Positions 48,461 through 58,172 of a DNA stretch of 64,000 bases are shown here, in pieces. The position numbers and the translations under genes are program-made. This DNA is from Pseudomonadales bacterium (GTDB taxonomy: Bacteria; Pseudomonadota; Gammaproteobacteria; Pseudomonadales; Azotimanducaceae), in the NCBI GenBank assembly GCA_964228885.1, contig CAXRCG010000048.1:11768-75767 (forward strand), in the 5' to 3' direction. The notes below the pieces were generated by a model. It searched no databases and was not told the origin of the DNA. It saw nothing but the letters and a program-made list of their open reading frames with translations. Numbering within the stretch: position 1 is the stretch's first letter; the number at the start of each line of letters is the position of its first letter.

Positions 48461-50476
48461 TTATACGTAGATATTGAGGTTCCCGATACCTAAACCCCTA
48501 CCTTCAACTTTTTCAGCCGCTTCATCGAGAAGATCCATCACCAGTTCAACAGTAGCATCATTTTCGTCATCAGGTTTTTCCTTTGTATCTTGTTTTAAAT
48601 CAGCATGGCTGTCGACATTGACATTCACCATCTGATCATTTTCTAGCATTTCTTTGAGAATCAAACGTAATTTGGGCAGGCTGTCCTGTAATAGTTGTCG
48701 AGTCGTCTCTTCCGCTGCAACAATTTTGCCTTCCAAACCTCCTTCATCATAAGCGATCGTAACGCCAACCTCCCCTAACGATGCTGGGCGCAACTTTATA
48801 TTCAAATTCCAATTATTTTGTTGGACCCCGGCAATGATCCTGTTTGCCACTAATTCACCAAACCTCTGAGTAAGGCCTTCATATTGCAAAGACTTATCTG
48901 AGGAGCCTTGCAGCTGCGGTTGGAACTGCAGATCGCGAAGCACGGACCTGAACTCAACCCTACTTTCTATATTTTGTACATTAACCTTGTCACTTGATTC
49001 TAATGTTGAGCCGTTCGGTTGCTTCGGGATGGAATGAGTTTCAGGAAGCACAACTTTCTGGCCCTGATAGGCCGTCGAATTTAAGTTTTGGCGGGCTGAC
49101 GGGCTCACCATTCTCAAGTTTCGAGCCAGCGCCTCGGCGACCATGTCGTGTTTTGGACTAATGCCATCAGAAGGTTCTTTCCCTCTAACCCCTTGCTCAC
49201 GAGCTTCTGATGGGAGAACCTCTGCAGACCACCGTGGTTTGACCATCTGTCGTTCCTCCAGAGGTCTTTCCGCTCCCGAACTAATCAGGTCGGGCTTGGC
49301 TGGTTCACCATTGCTCGCCATGAGTTGAGGCCCGTTAGCCTTTCTTTCGGTGTAATGGTCTTTGCCAAGCAACTGTTCCCTTTTGAGCCCCATCGCTTCA
49401 GGGCTTGCTTTTAATTCCCTTGCCACCGTGGAAGACCCCTCCACTGGCGATGGCATCGACGAGCCTGTAGGATTTTCTCTCGACAAAGTATTAAATTGAG
49501 ACAACCAAGAGGCCGTTTGTCCTAAAACCGGCACTGGCTTATCCAATACCGCGGACTGCCCTGTATTCGGCAATGACTTATCCAATACGGCGGTCTGTCC
49601 TGCTGCAGGCGCTGACTTGTCCACTAGGGCGGTTTGTCCTCGATCCAACACAAGCTCGTTTACAGACCCGGACTTCGCTGCAGAAGTGAGCTGTGTATCA
49701 ACAACCTGATGCCGATAGTCCTTGCCAACGCCTGTTAAGACAGCCTCCGACTTCGCCGGTGATTGGATTTGTCCAGCTGATAAAGATTCCGTCTTGCCTA
49801 TTGCGCTAGGACCCCGAGCAATCAACATTTCAGCAGATGGTTGCTGTTGCTGATTGAGCGCCAGCTCACTGGAGAATGGTGCCCTTGAAGCGGTTAACGC
49901 ATGCGGATCAACGGTTTGTTTTTGCTCTAGGTGCTGTTTGTAAGTACCGTAATCAACTTCAGCGCGAGGATGCTTGGTTGGCGACGGGAGATCCATCTCT
50001 TCCGCCCGACCTCCGAGCTGCTTCGATTCACTTTTTTCTGTGTCTGTCGTCCTGCCACGATCAATGACCTCGTCAACCGCACTTTGACGCATGATAAACT
50101 GTTTCAAACTATTTTCTGAAACAGCACTGACAGGTGCCGTGAGAATCACTTTTCCCAGTGACAATCCACGCTGGTGAGCAACCAGAGTCGGCAAGATATT
50201 GCCAAAAGACTGCTGAACTTCAGATATTGGTTGCCTAAGCTCTCCGCTATCTGATTCTTTAGGGTCCGCGAGGGTTCCCAAGTCTTTTTGGAAATCCTCT
50301 TTCGGGTTTTGATTGTCCGATGGCGACGTTCGACTAGCCCCTTTAGCAAGACCAGCATATATGTCTTTAAAATCAATACCTTGCTGAGTTTCTTTCGGGC
50401 TTGATAAGTCAGCGGTCGTTTCATTTTTACCATCTGCTAGGTTCAGCAAGCTGGAGGAATGAATAATATTACTCAT
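48461..50476 (-). CDS. fliK: flagellar hook-length control protein FliK
   Basis: 671 aa, low-complexity P/Q/S-rich. Conserved C-terminal switch domain LNIKLRPASLGEVGVTIAYDEGGLEGKIVAAEETTRQLLQDSLPKLRLIL. Confidence 0.8.
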   Translation of the reverse strand: MSNIIHSSSLLNLADGKNETTADLSSPKETQQGIDFKDIYAGLAKGASRTSPSDNQNPKEDFQKDLGTLADPKESDSGELRQPISEVQQSFGNILPTLVAHQRGLSLGKVILTAPVSAVSENSLKQFIMRQSAVDEVIDRGRTTDTEKSESKQLGGRAEEMDLPSPTKHPRAEVDYGTYKQHLEQKQTVDPHALTASRAPFSSELALNQQQQPSAEMLIARGPSAIGKTESLSAGQIQSPAKSEAVLTGVGKDYRHQVVDTQLTSAAKSGSVNELVLDRGQTALVDKSAPAAGQTAVLDKSLPNTGQSAVLDKPVPVLGQTASWLSQFNTLSRENPTGSSMPSPVEGSSTVARELKASPEAMGLKREQLLGKDHYTERKANGPQLMASNGEPAKPDLISSGAERPLEERQMVKPRWSAEVLPSEAREQGVRGKEPSDGISPKHDMVAEALARNLRMVSPSARQNLNSTAYQGQKVVLPETHSIPKQPNGSTLESSDKVNVQNIESRVEFRSVLRDLQFQPQLQGSSDKSLQYEGLTQRFGELVANRIIAGVQQNNWNLNIKLRPASLGEVGVTIAYDEGGLEGKIVAAEETTRQLLQDSLPKLRLILKEMLENDQMVNVNVDSHADLKQDTKEKPDDENDATVELVMDLLDEAAEKVEGRGLGIGNLNIYV

Positions 50477-50511
50477 CTATTTGGCCTGTGCTCAATTTAC
50501 CTACAATTGGA

Positions 50512-50527
50512 TGCAACAACTATGCCA
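50512..50527 (-). promoter_or_regulatory. sigma54 promoter for fliK-fliLMNO(-ORF242)
   Basis: The minus strand reads TGGCAT-agttg-TTGCA, between the fliJ stop (50538) and the fliK ATG (50476). Confidence 0.6.
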
Positions 50528-50537
50528 AATGAAGAGG

Positions 50538-51002
50538 TTAGGAATGAGATTCACGTTGAAGCCAGCTGATAGTCGCGTGCTGATCGGCCTGTTTTTGCTC
50601 TTCTTGCCGATCCTTCAACGCTCTGGCTTTAAGGTCTTTTTCACCGAGGATTGCATATTTTTTCACTTCAACCTGACGATCGGCGCAGCGTTGTTTGGCT
50701 TGTCTTAAATGTTTATTAAGCTCCAATCTTCTTGCTGCAGAGTGTCTAAGCGCCTCTTCAATCCTGCCAATAAAATTAATGGCCGTGGTCAATTCTACAA
50801 TCGCTATTTCCTGGCCTGACTCTGCATGATTCAGCTTTGTCAGGTACTCGTTCTTCATCTCCTGCATCTTGACCACACTGGCTTCAAGATTCGTCAGCTC
50901 CTGCTCGGTATCAGCCAGGGACCGCAGCGCCTGACCCAGCTTATCTTTCTCTAGGTTACCGAGATATTCCCAGATTGTTGATGTTGAACGACTAGCCATC
51001 AA
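50538..51002 (-). CDS. fliJ: flagellar export chaperone/stalk protein FliJ
   Basis: 154 aa, all coiled-coil, and it overlaps the fliI stop. The call is mainly positional. Confidence 0.75.
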   Translation of the reverse strand: MMASRSTSTIWEYLGNLEKDKLGQALRSLADTEQELTNLEASVVKMQEMKNEYLTKLNHAESGQEIAIVELTTAINFIGRIEEALRHSAARRLELNKHLRQAKQRCADRQVEVKKYAILGEKDLKARALKDRQEEQKQADQHATISWLQRESHS

Positions 51003-52317
51003 TCGCCTCTTTCATTTCTGTTAACGATTGGTGAAATTCAGCAGGTTCGTGCATCGACTGTCTCAAAAACTTCAAATTCTCTTCTCTGCACGATATTGCT
51101 TCATCCAAATCGAGATTGGAGCCTCTTTGATAGGCGCCGACCTGAATAAGATCTCTATTCTGTTGATATATCGCCCAATAGCGCCTAAAACTTGAGGCCA
51201 ATTTTAAATGTTCCTCACTGGCCAGCACGGGTAGTAGCCTCGAAACAGACCCTGAAAGGTCAATCGCCGGAAAATGCCCCTCATCCGCGAGCTCCCGAGT
51301 TAACACGATCTGGCCATCCAAAGAAGCTCTGGAAATATCAACAATGGGGTCATTTAAGTCGTCACCTTCCGCCAACACTGTGTAAATCGCCGTAATAGAC
51401 CCTTGATTTTTCGCACCCGTGCCAGTTCTTTCAATCATTTTTGGGATCAAGCTAAATACTGAAGATGGATACCCTTTGGTCGTTGGTGGCTCTCCCACCG
51501 CCAGTCCTATTTCTCTCTGGGCATGTGCTACTCGAGTTAAGCTATCAACTAAGAGCAATACGTTTTGACCCTTTTCTTTAAAGTGCTCCGCATAACAATG
51601 CGCCAAATTAGCCGCTCTAATTCGCAATAAAGGCGAATTATCTGCTGGCGCCGCAATAACGACTGCACGCCGGAGCCCTGCATAGCCGAGCGTTTGTTCT
51701 ATAAATTCTTTTACCTCTCGACCTCGCTCGCCAATTAAGCCTATTACGATCACATCCGCCTGGGTAAATTTAGTCATCATTCCCAGCAATACAGATTTAC
51801 CGACCCCACTACCCGCGATTAAGCCTATTCGCTGACCACAACCGATGGTTAGCAGTGCGTTGATCGCTCGAATACCGACGTCAAGTACTTGATCAATGGG
51901 TTCCCTTGACATCGGGTTAATGGGTTCACTAATCAACGGTCTTTGGGTCAATTCGCGGGGCGGCGAGAGTCCGTCTAGCGGGTTACCGTAAGCATCCAAT
52001 ACTCGTCCCAATGCTCCGTCACCGACGAAGGCCGAGTCAGAAGACGCGCGCAACGTCACTCGCGCGCCAGGTTTTAATCCAATGGTTCCTTGAAAAGGCA
52101 TCATATAGACCAAGTCGTTACTAAAGCCGACCACTTGTGCCTCGACCCGGCTTCCATCACTTTTCTCCACGCTGCATTGAGAGCCCATTGGCGCATCTAA
52201 GCCACTTGCTTCAATCGTCATACCCACGATACGGTTCAAGTGACCGAATCGAACCACCTGCGGCTCGATTAAACGATCTTGAATATCAAGAAACCGCTGA
52301 ACCGCTAATTCACTCAT
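50992..52317 (-). CDS. fliI: flagellum-specific ATPase FliI
   Basis: Walker A GSGVGKS, Walker B LLLVDSLTR, and F1/T3SS-ATPase blocks. Confidence 0.95.
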   Translation of the reverse strand: MSELAVQRFLDIQDRLIEPQVVRFGHLNRIVGMTIEASGLDAPMGSQCSVEKSDGSRVEAQVVGFSNDLVYMMPFQGTIGLKPGARVTLRASSDSAFVGDGALGRVLDAYGNPLDGLSPPRELTQRPLISEPINPMSREPIDQVLDVGIRAINALLTIGCGQRIGLIAGSGVGKSVLLGMMTKFTQADVIVIGLIGERGREVKEFIEQTLGYAGLRRAVVIAAPADNSPLLRIRAANLAHCYAEHFKEKGQNVLLLVDSLTRVAHAQREIGLAVGEPPTTKGYPSSVFSLIPKMIERTGTGAKNQGSITAIYTVLAEGDDLNDPIVDISRASLDGQIVLTRELADEGHFPAIDLSGSVSRLLPVLASEEHLKLASSFRRYWAIYQQNRDLIQVGAYQRGSNLDLDEAISCREENLKFLRQSMHEPAEFHQSLTEMKEAIDG

Positions 52318-53320
52318 GAGGATCTATCTCGTTATCACTCATATCAGGCGGATCAACAGCATCATCATTTTGAACCTCTTCTTTATCTGAAAAACGCGTG
52401 TCAATAGCATCGAAGTCCTGACGCGTTTGTGTCACCGATAGCATCGAATCGTTAGGAGAGGCTGTTTCCATATCATAGCCAGAGGAAGAATGATGGTTGC
52501 TTGGACTCGACAGGTCCAAAAGATGATTATTTGACGGCGCATAGTTCAAGAGTTGTTGCGCCAGTTCAGCGATTCTTTGATCGATATTGTCTTCGAATCC
52601 GCCATTCCCAAACATCACCGACACGGACCCCGGTTTCAGCGTCCGATCAAATTCAAATCTGTAGTTTGGATAACGACTCTCCATGTCTAATGTCTTAATC
52701 AGATCTTTCCACTCATCAGCGATGAAGAAAGTAGCAGAAACTTGGCCCTCCTCGGCGACTTGATTGATAACGGTACTCAAAAAGCGATCAATCACTTCAC
52801 GATTGCTCGATAATTCAGATCGCGCGATCATTTCACCTAAGGCAAGCGCTAACTGACTCAATTGCGAGGTATACTCACTCGAAAAATTCAGGTTATTCTC
52901 GAGCGCTTCAAAAAAAGCCTTCTGACCATCCTTCGATGCTTGAATTTTTGACTCGTACAAATCTTCCAGTCTCTCTTTGGCGGCATTTTCACCTTCAAGC
53001 CGAGCCCTGTTAATAGTTGCTTCCAATTCCTCTTCCGATATCGAAATCAGGCTAGGCGCGGGTTCCTCTATAGGGACCACCAAAACGTCATTTTCAGGAT
53101 TAGCCGGCAGTACATCCGTGCTAACTGGTTCTGAGACAGGCTCAGGCGCGGGCGCTCGGCTCTCGGTCACAGCATGCCAATTAGTGCCGGTAAACGTGCC
53201 TTCAACCTTGTTTTTCAGGCGTTTTTCTACAAAATCACCAACGTCTTTGACCTTTTTAGCCCACAGCTCACCTGTCGAAAATTCTTGATTAGACAAAATC
53301 ACCACCTTCTGGTGAAGCAA
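52310..53320 (-). CDS. fliH: flagellar assembly protein FliH (long N-terminal extension; start uncertain)
   Basis: Position between fliG and fliI. Central E/A-rich helix (EEELEATINRARLEGENAAKERLE) as in FliH. The track start is TTG and overlaps fliG by 32 nt. Confidence 0.7.
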   Translation of the reverse strand: MLHQKVVILSNQEFSTGELWAKKVKDVGDFVEKRLKNKVEGTFTGTNWHAVTESRAPAPEPVSEPVSTDVLPANPENDVLVVPIEEPAPSLISISEEELEATINRARLEGENAAKERLEDLYESKIQASKDGQKAFFEALENNLNFSSEYTSQLSQLALALGEMIARSELSSNREVIDRFLSTVINQVAEEGQVSATFFIADEWKDLIKTLDMESRYPNYRFEFDRTLKPGSVSVMFGNGGFEDNIDQRIAELAQQLLNYAPSNNHLLDLSSPSNHHSSSGYDMETASPNDSMLSVTQTRQDFDAIDTRFSDKEEVQNDDAVDPPDMSDNEIDPHE

Positions 53321-54350
53321 GAATCAACTCGCCTTTATCCTGAAGCTTCCTAGCCTGCCTGATAATTGATTTACGTGCTGTATCAACCACGGATATTGCG
53401 AGCGGCGGCATCATATCCATCTCGTCTTGGAACATCTCCGCTTTATTTTTAGACATGTTTCCTTTGAATTTCTCTACCAATAATTCGTCAGCCCCTTTAA
53501 GCGCTGTCCGTATTTCTTCCTCATCAAAATTGTTAATCATGGTCTGGATATCTCGGTCAGCAAGGTCAACGAGATTCTCAAAGTCAAACATATTGTCTTC
53601 AATCGCCATCACCAGTTCTTCATCCATTGAGCGCATTAACTCAAAAATTTCACTCGCGTCTTCCGATTTTGTTTTATCCATGATTTTTGCTGCAACTCTC
53701 AGTCCACCTAATTGTGCAGATGAGATTGAGGTCGATTCAGAGAATTTCGACTGCATGACTTTTTCTAACTGCGCCAAAGCCGATTCAGAAATGGTATCTA
53801 ACGTGGCGAGACGACTGATCACAGTGGTTTTAAGGTCTGAGGCAAGATAGCTCAGAACATCTGTCGCTGTGCGCTCGTCGAGCATCGCGAGAATGATAGC
53901 AATGACTTGCGGATGCTCACCACCGACCATATCAGCGATAGCCCTGGGCGCCATCCAATCCAGCATTTCAAGACCTGAGGACCTTGCCGCGGGATCAACT
54001 TTCGCGAGCACAGTTGCAGCCTTTGATTCTCCTACCGCTTGCAGAAGAACCTTTTTAACGTAACCAGGACCTTCCAAGCCGAGATCTGTTAGGCCCTGTA
54101 AATTATTAAGAAATTCATCGACGACGGCGACCACTATCGGTTGAGGCACGTCACTGACTTTAATCATTGCCCTTGAAACTGAAGTGACTTGCGTCGGTGA
54201 CAAGGTTTGCATCACCGCTGCGGCCCCTGCTTCCTCAAGCAGAAACATGACGATTGCCGCTTTCTCTGTCGCAGTTAGCTGTTGGAACGCAAATTCAAAT
54301 TCCACGGGTAAACTGTCACTTTCTACTTCATCTATTGCTAGTTCTGCCAT
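53289..54350 (-). CDS. fliG: flagellar motor switch protein FliG
   Basis: 353 aa with ARM-like repeats, the motif MFDFENL, and a charged C-terminal helix. Confidence 0.92.
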   Translation of the reverse strand: MAELAIDEVESDSLPVEFEFAFQQLTATEKAAIVMFLLEEAGAAAVMQTLSPTQVTSVSRAMIKVSDVPQPIVVAVVDEFLNNLQGLTDLGLEGPGYVKKVLLQAVGESKAATVLAKVDPAARSSGLEMLDWMAPRAIADMVGGEHPQVIAIILAMLDERTATDVLSYLASDLKTTVISRLATLDTISESALAQLEKVMQSKFSESTSISSAQLGGLRVAAKIMDKTKSEDASEIFELMRSMDEELVMAIEDNMFDFENLVDLADRDIQTMINNFDEEEIRTALKGADELLVEKFKGNMSKNKAEMFQDEMDMMPPLAISVVDTARKSIIRQARKLQDKGELILASPEGGDFV

Positions 54351-54374
54351 TTCTTCCTCCTAGCGACAACCAAG

Positions 54375-56162
54375 CTACTCTTCAATCCAGCGCTTCAATA
54401 AATTGGATACTCGACCTACATCATCTTTCACAAGGAATCTCATCAATGCAACTTTCTGGTCATAAGGCTGAGAGGTATCAAGATACTCAGCCGGTATGCC
54501 AACCGCCTTGGGTTTAAGCCGTGCGGTCACATCTTTGATGGTTTCCATATCACCCATTTCTACCAGTTGGCGCTCTTCCTCTGTAATATTGTCGGGGTCT
54601 TCAAGCTCCATCGGTATTTCGAACTCTTTAGCTTCTTTCATGGATTTCAGGAATGGTCTTGCCATTGTGAAATAAACAAAGAACAAGAGTAAAAATACGG
54701 CACCCATCCGAACAAAACCGTTTAATTTATCAGCTTCTAGGTACCACGGCAGTTTTTCCAAATCTTCCACAGGTTTTGCGAATTCTGCAGCCACAACCGT
54801 CACGAGGTCACCGCGACTTTCTACATACCCAATCGCCCCTCGAACAACTTTTTCAATCTTATCAATCTTTAGCGCTAATTCCTGCTCGTCGACGACACCT
54901 TCTCCGTCGCCATAAATCGACTTATTCACGACAACAGCGACCGAAATTTTCTCTATCGACCCTACCTGTTGTTTCACGTAACGAATTTCTCGGTCGAGTT
55001 CATAGTTCCGCGTAGAGGAGCTACTGCTCACATCTTCAGCATTCTCTGTTCTAGCACCCTCGGTTGACGTTGTTTCGGTAAATGCCGGGCTAGCAGGCGG
55101 TTCGTTGCTAAAACTGCCAGGTACACCACTGGCCGTTAATGCATTATCCCGTTCAATTTGTAAAGATTCAGAACGAGTCCTTGGCCCAAGGCCACCGCGA
55201 TCAAATTCCTCCGTTGTCGATTCTATTTCTGCAAAATTAAGCTCTACGTCAACTTCTGTACGCACGTTGCCTAGGCCGACAACCGCAGACATCAATTGTT
55301 GAATACGCGTTTGGTAAGACGATTCTACTGACCGCTTATGTTCAGATTGAGCCGCAGTTAGCGCCATCGCCGCGTCCGAATCAGAGTCTGTCAACAGCTG
55401 CCCGGTATCATCAACGACTGTCACATTTTCTCTGACTAGGTACGGAATACTCGAAGAAACCAGGTGTACAATCGCTTGAATTTGCGATCGAGAAACAACT
55501 CTTCCTGGATAGGGTCTGACAACAACCGATGCCTTTGAAGGCGCTTGATTTCTAACAAAAACACTCTGCTGAGATTCAGCAATATGAACTCTCGCCGAGT
55601 TAATTGAACCGATTTGAGAAATAGTCTTGGCTAACTCATTTTCCATTGCAGCTCTATAACTGACCTGCTCCATAAATCTGCTAGTCGTTATTGAACCTTG
55701 TTCGACAAGCGCCCCCAGACTACCAAGGGCAGCGCTTCTTGGAATATTCTGCGAAGCGAGCAATATCCTTGCTTCATGATATCGATCGGTTGGAACCTGA
55801 AGTTCTCCCGAGGAAGTGTCAATAAACACCTCGAAGCTACTCGTCGATAATAAATCGTAGGCAGCCTGCCGATCACTCTCCAGCATGCCCGGATAAACCG
55901 ACCGATAACCTGGGGCTGAAATCCAGACATAGAAAAGCGCACAAACGATGATCAGCATCAAGCCTAAAACAGCTGGCAAAGATTGTTTTACAGCTGGCTG
56001 TTCAAAAAATTTAACAATCGCTGACTGTTGAGCTTCAGCCGGTAATTGGGACATCGAAGATCCATCAGCTTGACTTTCTGTTAGCGCTGTTTCGATGTTC
56101 GTAGTTTCATTCTCTGCAGGCTGCATACCTGCTAGGGGAGAATTCAAAGCTAATTCGGACAT
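54375..56162 (-). CDS. fliF: flagellar MS-ring protein FliF
   Basis: 595 aa, TM near both ends, with YscJ/FliF-type periplasmic blocks. Confidence 0.92.
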   Translation of the reverse strand: MSELALNSPLAGMQPAENETTNIETALTESQADGSSMSQLPAEAQQSAIVKFFEQPAVKQSLPAVLGLMLIIVCALFYVWISAPGYRSVYPGMLESDRQAAYDLLSTSSFEVFIDTSSGELQVPTDRYHEARILLASQNIPRSAALGSLGALVEQGSITTSRFMEQVSYRAAMENELAKTISQIGSINSARVHIAESQQSVFVRNQAPSKASVVVRPYPGRVVSRSQIQAIVHLVSSSIPYLVRENVTVVDDTGQLLTDSDSDAAMALTAAQSEHKRSVESSYQTRIQQLMSAVVGLGNVRTEVDVELNFAEIESTTEEFDRGGLGPRTRSESLQIERDNALTASGVPGSFSNEPPASPAFTETTSTEGARTENAEDVSSSSSTRNYELDREIRYVKQQVGSIEKISVAVVVNKSIYGDGEGVVDEQELALKIDKIEKVVRGAIGYVESRGDLVTVVAAEFAKPVEDLEKLPWYLEADKLNGFVRMGAVFLLLFFVYFTMARPFLKSMKEAKEFEIPMELEDPDNITEEERQLVEMGDMETIKDVTARLKPKAVGIPAEYLDTSQPYDQKVALMRFLVKDDVGRVSNLLKRWIEE

Positions 56163-56193
56163 GTCAACTCTTCCTAAAAATTAGATAACTCAC

Positions 56194-56547
56194 TTAAACA
56201 GGCATATTAAGAATGTCTTGATACGCCTTAAGGACCTTGTTTCTCACCTGCAATGTTGCTTCAAACGCCAGAGACGATTTTTGCATAGCGAGCACGACAT
56301 TGGTCAACGGGACATCTTCACCACGTTCGTATGCGCTCTTGAGTGCAGTACTCGCCTTTTGTGATTCATCCACTGCATCTAGGGCCTCTTTCGCGACCGA
56401 AGCATAATCAACTTTCTGTGGAGCATTTGTGCCCTGAATATTCGTGGCTTTAGGCGCGGAGTCATCTACCAACGCGACTTGTTGCCTCTGACTTTGTATC
56501 TGACTCATCAAAGCGGCGACAGAGGAATCATAGGTTGCCTTAATCAT
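56194..56547 (-). CDS. fliE: flagellar hook-basal body complex protein FliE
   Basis: 117 aa. C-terminus LQVRNKVLKAYQDILNMPV matches the FliE signature. Confidence 0.88.
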   Translation of the reverse strand: MIKATYDSSVAALMSQIQSQRQQVALVDDSAPKATNIQGTNAPQKVDYASVAKEALDAVDESQKASTALKSAYERGEDVPLTNVVLAMQKSSLAFEATLQVRNKVLKAYQDILNMPV

Positions 56548-56562
56548 CTCCTACTCCCTGAC

Positions 56563-58026
56563 CTACGCCCACTTACGTCTTGGTATATCAATGCCTCGGT
56601 CCTTCATTCTAGAGACTTTATAACGAAGTGTGCGCTCACTTATACCCAACCGCGCGGCTGCCTCTTTCCGAGTTCTGGAATTTCTTAACGTTTCCGCAAT
56701 CACTCTAAACTCATTTGCATCCATCGCACTTTGAAGCCCTGATCTGGATTGATCAGCCTCAACCGAACCATAACTTGGCTGCCCACCATCATTAGCGCCA
56801 AAGAAAGTATTCGATGAAGGAGCACGCGTTTCACTCGGGACATCATAAGCTGGCGTGGTAAATCCGGCAGGCACTTCTTTACCGGTCGTTGGCACATCGT
56901 AGACAGGATCATCAAAGAAAAGGTGATCAGCGGTAATGTCTTTACCGTCTGATAAAACGACCGCACGCTGAATGACATTTTCCAGTTCTCTGACATTCCC
57001 AGGCCACTCATATCCCAGTAATTTGGTTAAAGCATCCGGTGAAAGATTAGGCACCTGCTGTCCGTTGCCATATTTGACTAGAAAGAAATTTGACAATGGC
57101 AAGATATCGTCAGACCGCTCTCGAAGTCCGGGCACGTTGATTCTAAAAGTACTGATTCGGAAATAGAGGTCCTCTCTAAACTGTCCAACACGGATTGCAT
57201 GTCGGAGATCCCTATTCGTCGCAGTGATGATTCTTGCATTGACCGGCCTAGATTCTGCGCTGCCAATCAGCGTAATTTCCTTTTCTTGCAGCGCTCTTAA
57301 TAGTTTGGCCTGAATCTGCAGAGGCAGCTCACCCACCTCATCCAAAAACAAAGTTCCCCCCTCCGCTTGCTCGAAAAAGCCAATTGTGGTTTTGGTGGCG
57401 CCAGTAAAAGCGCCTTTAGCATGACCAAACAGCAAGCTCTCAGCTAAAGCTTCGGGCAGTGCCGCACAATTAACCGGTACAAATGGTCCATTTCGTCTTG
57501 GCGAAAAATCATGCGTTAATCGCGCCAGCACCTCTTTACCGGAGCCTGTTGGACCGTTCATTAAAGCGGTGACTTCCGACGCACCCACACGCTCAATCAG
57601 CGCTAATAGATGCTGAGATAACTCATCGACGAATACATAAGAATCACCCTTGAGCAGTCCAACTCGTGCATGAGCGGCAATCTCCTCCCATTTTTTCTCG
57701 GTATCTTGACCCTCACAAATAACTTCATCAATCCCTTTCTTAAGGGCGTCCAATCCGAGTTCGAATTGATGCGGATGCACACGGAGCACCGTAAAGATCT
57801 TAAAAGGAAAACTTTTAACGAGATTCATCATCGCCTCCACTGATGCAAAGCTATCAGCACAAATCGAAAGAATCACGGGCCCAGAAAGATCAGCGATCGA
57901 ACTTGAAAGGGAGTGAATGTTAATAGGTCTTGGGGCCAGACCCATCTTGGTCAGAATCGTTAACAATGACTGATCAATTGAAGAAACGTCATCCCAAATA
58001 ATGTCTAAAGGCTGCTCGCTGTACAT
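56563..58026 (-). CDS. sigma54-dependent activator with REC/FleQ-like N-terminal domain (FleQ/FleR/FlrC family)
   Basis: 487 aa from ATG 58026. N-terminal REC-like fold (LDIIWDD ... ILSICAD). AAA+ blocks GPTGSGKE, GAFTGA, LFLDEVGE. C-terminal Fis-type HTH (AARLGISERTLRYKV). The sigma54 promoter just upstream supports this start. Confidence 0.85.
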   Translation of the reverse strand: MYSEQPLDIIWDDVSSIDQSLLTILTKMGLAPRPINIHSLSSSIADLSGPVILSICADSFASVEAMMNLVKSFPFKIFTVLRVHPHQFELGLDALKKGIDEVICEGQDTEKKWEEIAAHARVGLLKGDSYVFVDELSQHLLALIERVGASEVTALMNGPTGSGKEVLARLTHDFSPRRNGPFVPVNCAALPEALAESLLFGHAKGAFTGATKTTIGFFEQAEGGTLFLDEVGELPLQIQAKLLRALQEKEITLIGSAESRPVNARIITATNRDLRHAIRVGQFREDLYFRISTFRINVPGLRERSDDILPLSNFFLVKYGNGQQVPNLSPDALTKLLGYEWPGNVRELENVIQRAVVLSDGKDITADHLFFDDPVYDVPTTGKEVPAGFTTPAYDVPSETRAPSSNTFFGANDGGQPSYGSVEADQSRSGLQSAMDANEFRVIAETLRNSRTRKEAAARLGISERTLRYKVSRMKDRGIDIPRRKWA

Positions 58027-58061
58027 TTTCTCGCTCTCATTTAAGTCAGTGAGAATATTAA

Positions 58062-58077
58062 AGCAACTGCCGTGCCA
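58062..58077 (-). promoter_or_regulatory. sigma54 promoter for the 487 aa activator (and probably fliE-J)
   Basis: The minus strand reads TGGCAC-ggcag-TTGCT, a near-perfect consensus, 36 nt upstream of ATG 58026. Confidence 0.7.
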
Positions 58078-58172
58078 ACATTTTATTTTCTTATAAAACA
58101 ACAACTTAAAAGAGAAACGGCAAAGTTCCGGCCAGACCATACCGGTTTTGTCAACTTTTCGACACCTTCTTC